From Macrostomum lignano (taxonomy: Eukaryota): DNA of 64,000 bases. The translations under genes were made by a program, and so were the position numbers. Shown here in pieces: positions 60,617-64,000 of the stretch. Each line of letters begins with the position of its first letter. The first letter of the stretch is position 1. Below the pieces are notes generated by a model. That model ran no database searches. It saw nothing but the letters and a program-made list of their open reading frames with translations, and was not told the origin of the DNA. The stretch lies in NCBI GenBank assembly GCA_002269645.1, contig NIVC01002859.1, positions 1 to 64,000 on the forward strand, read 5' to 3'.

Positions 60617-63376
60617 GTAAGACAGACAGTAAGACAGACAGACAGACAGACAGACAGACATACAGACAGACAGTAAGACAGACAGTAAGACAGACAGACT
60701 GCCAGACAGACAGAAAGACAGATACTAAGATAGACAGACAGACAAACAGACAAACACTAAGACAGACAGATAGACAGACAGAACATTGTGAAACATCGGT
60801 AAAATATATATAAAACACCTATATTTGCAATGCAAGTTTGCCTAGATAAAAGCAGTGACCTAAAGAAGATATTTCCTTTACAATGGCAAACAGCCTTAAA
60901 ATATTCTGGACAGTAGTGGGATCATTAAAACTATGAATTAAAAGATTAAAATAATATGCAACTTAATCAGCTTAAAGTGCAAATAACGGTCCTCCCAGAT
61001 CCCGAGTCTAAAAATAATAATATTAGATAGCGCAGAACGAGTGCACCAGACCCTTAGCGCAGTTAAAAAGGAAGAGTCTATAGGCCAGGTCGATAATTAT
61101 AAAAAGGCGACAGAGGACCGCCGTTTAGATACAACAAAAAGAGACAAAGCTACAGAGCTATGAATCAGGTATTATTATGTTAGATTATTATAGCGGCCCA
61201 ATTGCCGGCCGGACTCACCACCAGCAGCAGAAGCAAAAGCAAATCCGAGGTCAAAGACACCGACAGCGACGGTCTGACAGAAGTATAAGTAAACTGAATA
61301 TGAAATTTGTTTTATACTGTCAATCTGCTAGATTAATTTTGGAAAGGCTTAACATAACATTTTTTAAGCTCTTCAAGTCCATCACTCCGGAATTGATTAC
61401 CATAATAATTTCCTAGGAATCTTGGTCTTAAAAGTTAACAAATTTGTTCGAAAAGATAATTAACGTTATAAAACGAGGACTTCACGGAAGGGGACGACTG
61501 AGAGAATGACGAAATCCTCAAACGTGAAGAATTCCCGGAAGCTGACGAATTCCTAGAAAGTGACGAATTCCTGGAAAGTGACAAATTCCTGGAAAGTGAC
61601 GAATTAGTAGAAGCTGACGAATTCCTAGAAGCTGACGAATTCCTAGAGTGACGAATTCCTAGAAAGTGACGAATTAGTAAAAGCTGACGAATTCCTAGCA
61701 GTGACGAATTCCTGGAAAGTGACAAATTCCTGGAAAGTGACGAATTAGTAGAAGCTGACGAATTCCTAGAGTGACGAATTCCTAGAAAGTGACGAATTAG
61801 TAAAAGCTGACGAATTCCTAGCAGTGACGAATTCCTGGAAAGTGACAAATTAGTAGAAGCTGACGAATTCCTAGAAAGTGACGAATTCCTGGAAAGTAAC
61901 GAATTAGTAGAAGCTGACGAATTCCTAGAAAGTGACGAATTAGTAGAAGCTGACGAATTCCTAGAAGTGACGAATTCCTGGAAAGTGACAAATTAGTAGA
62001 AGCTGACGAATTCCTAGAAAGTGACGAATTCCTGGAAAGTAACGAATTAGTAGAAGCTGACGAATTCCTATAAAGTGCCGAATTTCTGGAAAGTGACGAA
62101 TTAGTAGAAGTTGACGAATTCCTAGAAACTGACGAATTCCTGGAAAGTAACGAATTAGTAGAAGCTGACGAATTCCTAGAAGGTGACGAATTCCTGGAAA
62201 GTAACGAATTAGTAGAAGCTGACGAATTCCTAGAAGGTGACGAATTCCTGGAAAGTAACGAATTAGTAGAAGCTGACAAATTGCTATAAAGTGACGAATT
62301 TCGGCAGCTGACGAATTTCTGGAAAGTGACGACTTTCAAAAAACTAACGTACTAAAACTTGACAATTTAGGAAAAAAAATTCCTGAAAATTGACGACTCA
62401 CCGAAAACCTGAAAATCGACTTCTCGATAATAACTGACGAATCCCCGTAAATCATCGAGTTCAAACATTGAAAAATTCCTAAATTCTTACAAATTTCAAA
62501 GAGTCAGCCTGTTCTTTCTGAATTCGTTGCTGCTGGGATGAAACAATAAACTGGTAAAAACATCACTTAGTAGTCAGTCGGTATGAAATGCATGCAAGGA
62601 TTTATTAATTATGACGATCTCTCAACTCAACAGCTACAAGTGTCCAGAGCAAACATTATTAGCAAACCAGAATAACAAGGGAGAGGCAGAGGCAAGCATT
62701 ACAAAAAAACGCTCGAAAACCCGCGACTCTCATGCAGCTAAACAAATCAATTTAGGCTACTAGGCATCTTATCGCACTTTTCTCTACGAATAGACATTGC
62801 CGAGAGGACATCGGCTAAATTTGAGCTGGCATTTTTTATCTCCCTTCGAGTCATTGGCTCATTAGACGGCCGCATGTGCAGTTCCCTGCCGAGGGTTGCG
62901 ATGTCGCGGGTGGGAGGGACAAATTTAGTTGCTGGGGTTGAAATAAAATCGATTTACATAAATCAACAGGTATCCGATTAAGTGTAAAATTCCGATGAAG
63001 ACTTAGCGACTGCGTTGCCAACCTGATGCTTAACAGTACAGCAATAAAATGATTAATTTACAGTTTCAGCACACTTTGTTGCCAGGGACAAGCCAATATA
63101 ATAACCAACTCACGTTTTACGCAGCAAAGAAGCCAACAGGACGTCCTCAAACAGCACGTCGTCTCTGAGCTGTTTAATCCGCTGCTTCTGCTCGGACTCG
63201 CACTGGCATTTCGGACAGGCGGGCGGCGGAATTCCCGTCGTATTGATTGGGGCAGCCGATGTTTTCAAAGTGAATGAGTTGCCAGGCAGAATTGTGGATG
63301 AGATATGAAAGATAGCAGACTGGTACTCGGCTGGGGAGTACGATTTCTCGCAGTAGTCTTTCAGGGCGAAGCTGTC
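50400..63376 (-). CDS. INSR: Insulin/IGF receptor-like tyrosine kinase, 3' part (5' exons lie beyond the window)
   Basis: Exons 63376-63114 (DYC...CPKCQC...LFEDVLL, alpha-CT-like), 60248-about 60050, 58560-58248 (GLNYFVQYAF), 57406-56691 (FnIII, transmembrane helix, NPEY, YEPDEWEV, IGNGSFGCVY), 55168-54732 (VAVK, HRDLAARNCMV, KIG) and 50914-50400 (DFGMTRD...DYY...LPIRWMAPE...DVWSYGVVLWE). The link between the 60-kb and 58.5-kb exons is unresolved. The symbol denotes the family, not strict orthology. Confidence 0.93.
51228..54470. repeat. Intronic satellite, 73-bp unit, about 44 copies, with higher-order structure
   Basis: CTCTGCTATGCAAAGCCGTTCCTGCCGGCTTGGTCAGCAGGGCTGGCCATAGACTATCGCTGCCACTTTCACA. 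Confidence 0.97.
55210..56630. repeat. Intronic minisatellite, 30-bp unit (28-bp variants)
   Basis: GATGGGTCAAGAGGGTCAACTGATCTCTGA fills nearly the whole intron. Confidence 0.96.
57455..58115. repeat. Intronic minisatellite, 24-bp unit
   Basis: CTAATTGTGCGGTGACCTAATCGA. Confidence 0.95.
58645..59450. repeat. Pyrimidine-rich minisatellite, 21-bp unit
   Basis: CCTTCTTTGCCTGTCTCCTCT. Confidence 0.95.
60375..60785. repeat. Short 34-38-bp repeat followed by (GACA)n microsatellite
   Basis: ACTGACAGGGAGACAGGCATTGAAATTGATGAACAGACAGAC x3, then a GACA run. Confidence 0.92.
61540..62340. repeat. Compound about 18-bp minisatellite
   Basis: GCTGACGAATTCCTAGAAA / GTGACGAATTCCTGGAAA / GACGAATTAGTAGAA units. 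Confidence 0.93.
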
Positions 63377-63599
63377 CTGTTGAACGGGACCGATTCAGAA
63401 TGTGTATGGCGCTTACATTTACTGAGCTTATCTGTATTGCGCACCAGGCTCATCATGTGAGAAATTAAGGCAATTAAAAAGAGGAATCAAGACATTCAGA
63501 TTGAGGCGGGGATTTAGCTAGGAAAGAGGTGCTGCTGGTAGGGGCATGGCTGGGAGGGAGTGCGAGAGAACCTATAGAAGAAGAGAAAAGAAAGATGGG

Positions 63600-64000
63600 A
63601 GAAAAGAGAGAAGTAGACATCGGGAAGCCAGGAGGCAGAGAGAAGTAGACAGCGGGCAGAGAAAAGTAGACAGCGGGCAGAGAAAAGTAGACAGCGGGCA
63701 GCTAGGAGGGGGCAGAGAGAAGTAGACAGCGGGCAGCCAGGAGGGGGGCAGAGAGAAGTAGGTAATGGGCAAACAGTGGGCAGAGAGAAGTAGACAGCGG
63801 GCAGCCAGGGGGCAGAGAGAAGTAGACAGAGGGCAGCCAGGAAGGGGCAGAGAGAAGTAGACAGCGGGCAGCCAGGGGAGGCAGAGAGAAGTAGACAATG
63901 GACAGCCAGGGGGCAGAGAGAAGTAGATAATGGGCAAACAGTGGGCAGAGAGAAGTAGCCAGCGGACAGCCAGGGGGCAGAGAGAAGTAGACAGCGGACA
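63600..64000. repeat. Purine-rich about 30-bp minisatellite running off the window
   Basis: GGCAGAGAGAAGTAGACAGCGGGCAGCCAGG variants. Confidence 0.9.

Noticed and set aside
61540-62340. Minimal hammerhead ribozyme resemblance (CTGACGA-ATTCCTA-GAAA)
   Set aside because: The core-like words are present, but stem II cannot pair and no stem III/NUH site or stem I could be built.

Overview
Eukaryotic (animal) genomic DNA. Intron-rich genes with GC-rich exons and introns filled with private minisatellites resemble the free-living flatworm Macrostomum (inference only). Genes in order: an intronless orphan coiled-coil ORF (+); an intronless CK1/TTBK-family probable pseudokinase (-); a rhodanese (-); three tandem WSC+PAN secreted-protein copies (+: one pseudogene, one with a 1-nt frameshift, one intact and nested antisense in an LRRC74 intron); an LRRC74-like gene (-); a TP53I11-like membrane protein (+); EIF1AD (-); CCDC186 (-); and the 3' part of an insulin-receptor-like tyrosine kinase (-) whose 5' end lies beyond the window. 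Mobile DNA comprises three copies of a tRNA-derived SINE with a CORE-like middle, two MITE-like foldbacks, and a young 1.58-kb non-autonomous DNA transposon with near-perfect 465-bp TIRs. Most long ORFs in the supplied track are artefacts of tandem repeats. Exon boundaries were placed by hand from GT/AG signals, reading-frame phase and remembered homologue sequences; no database searches were run.
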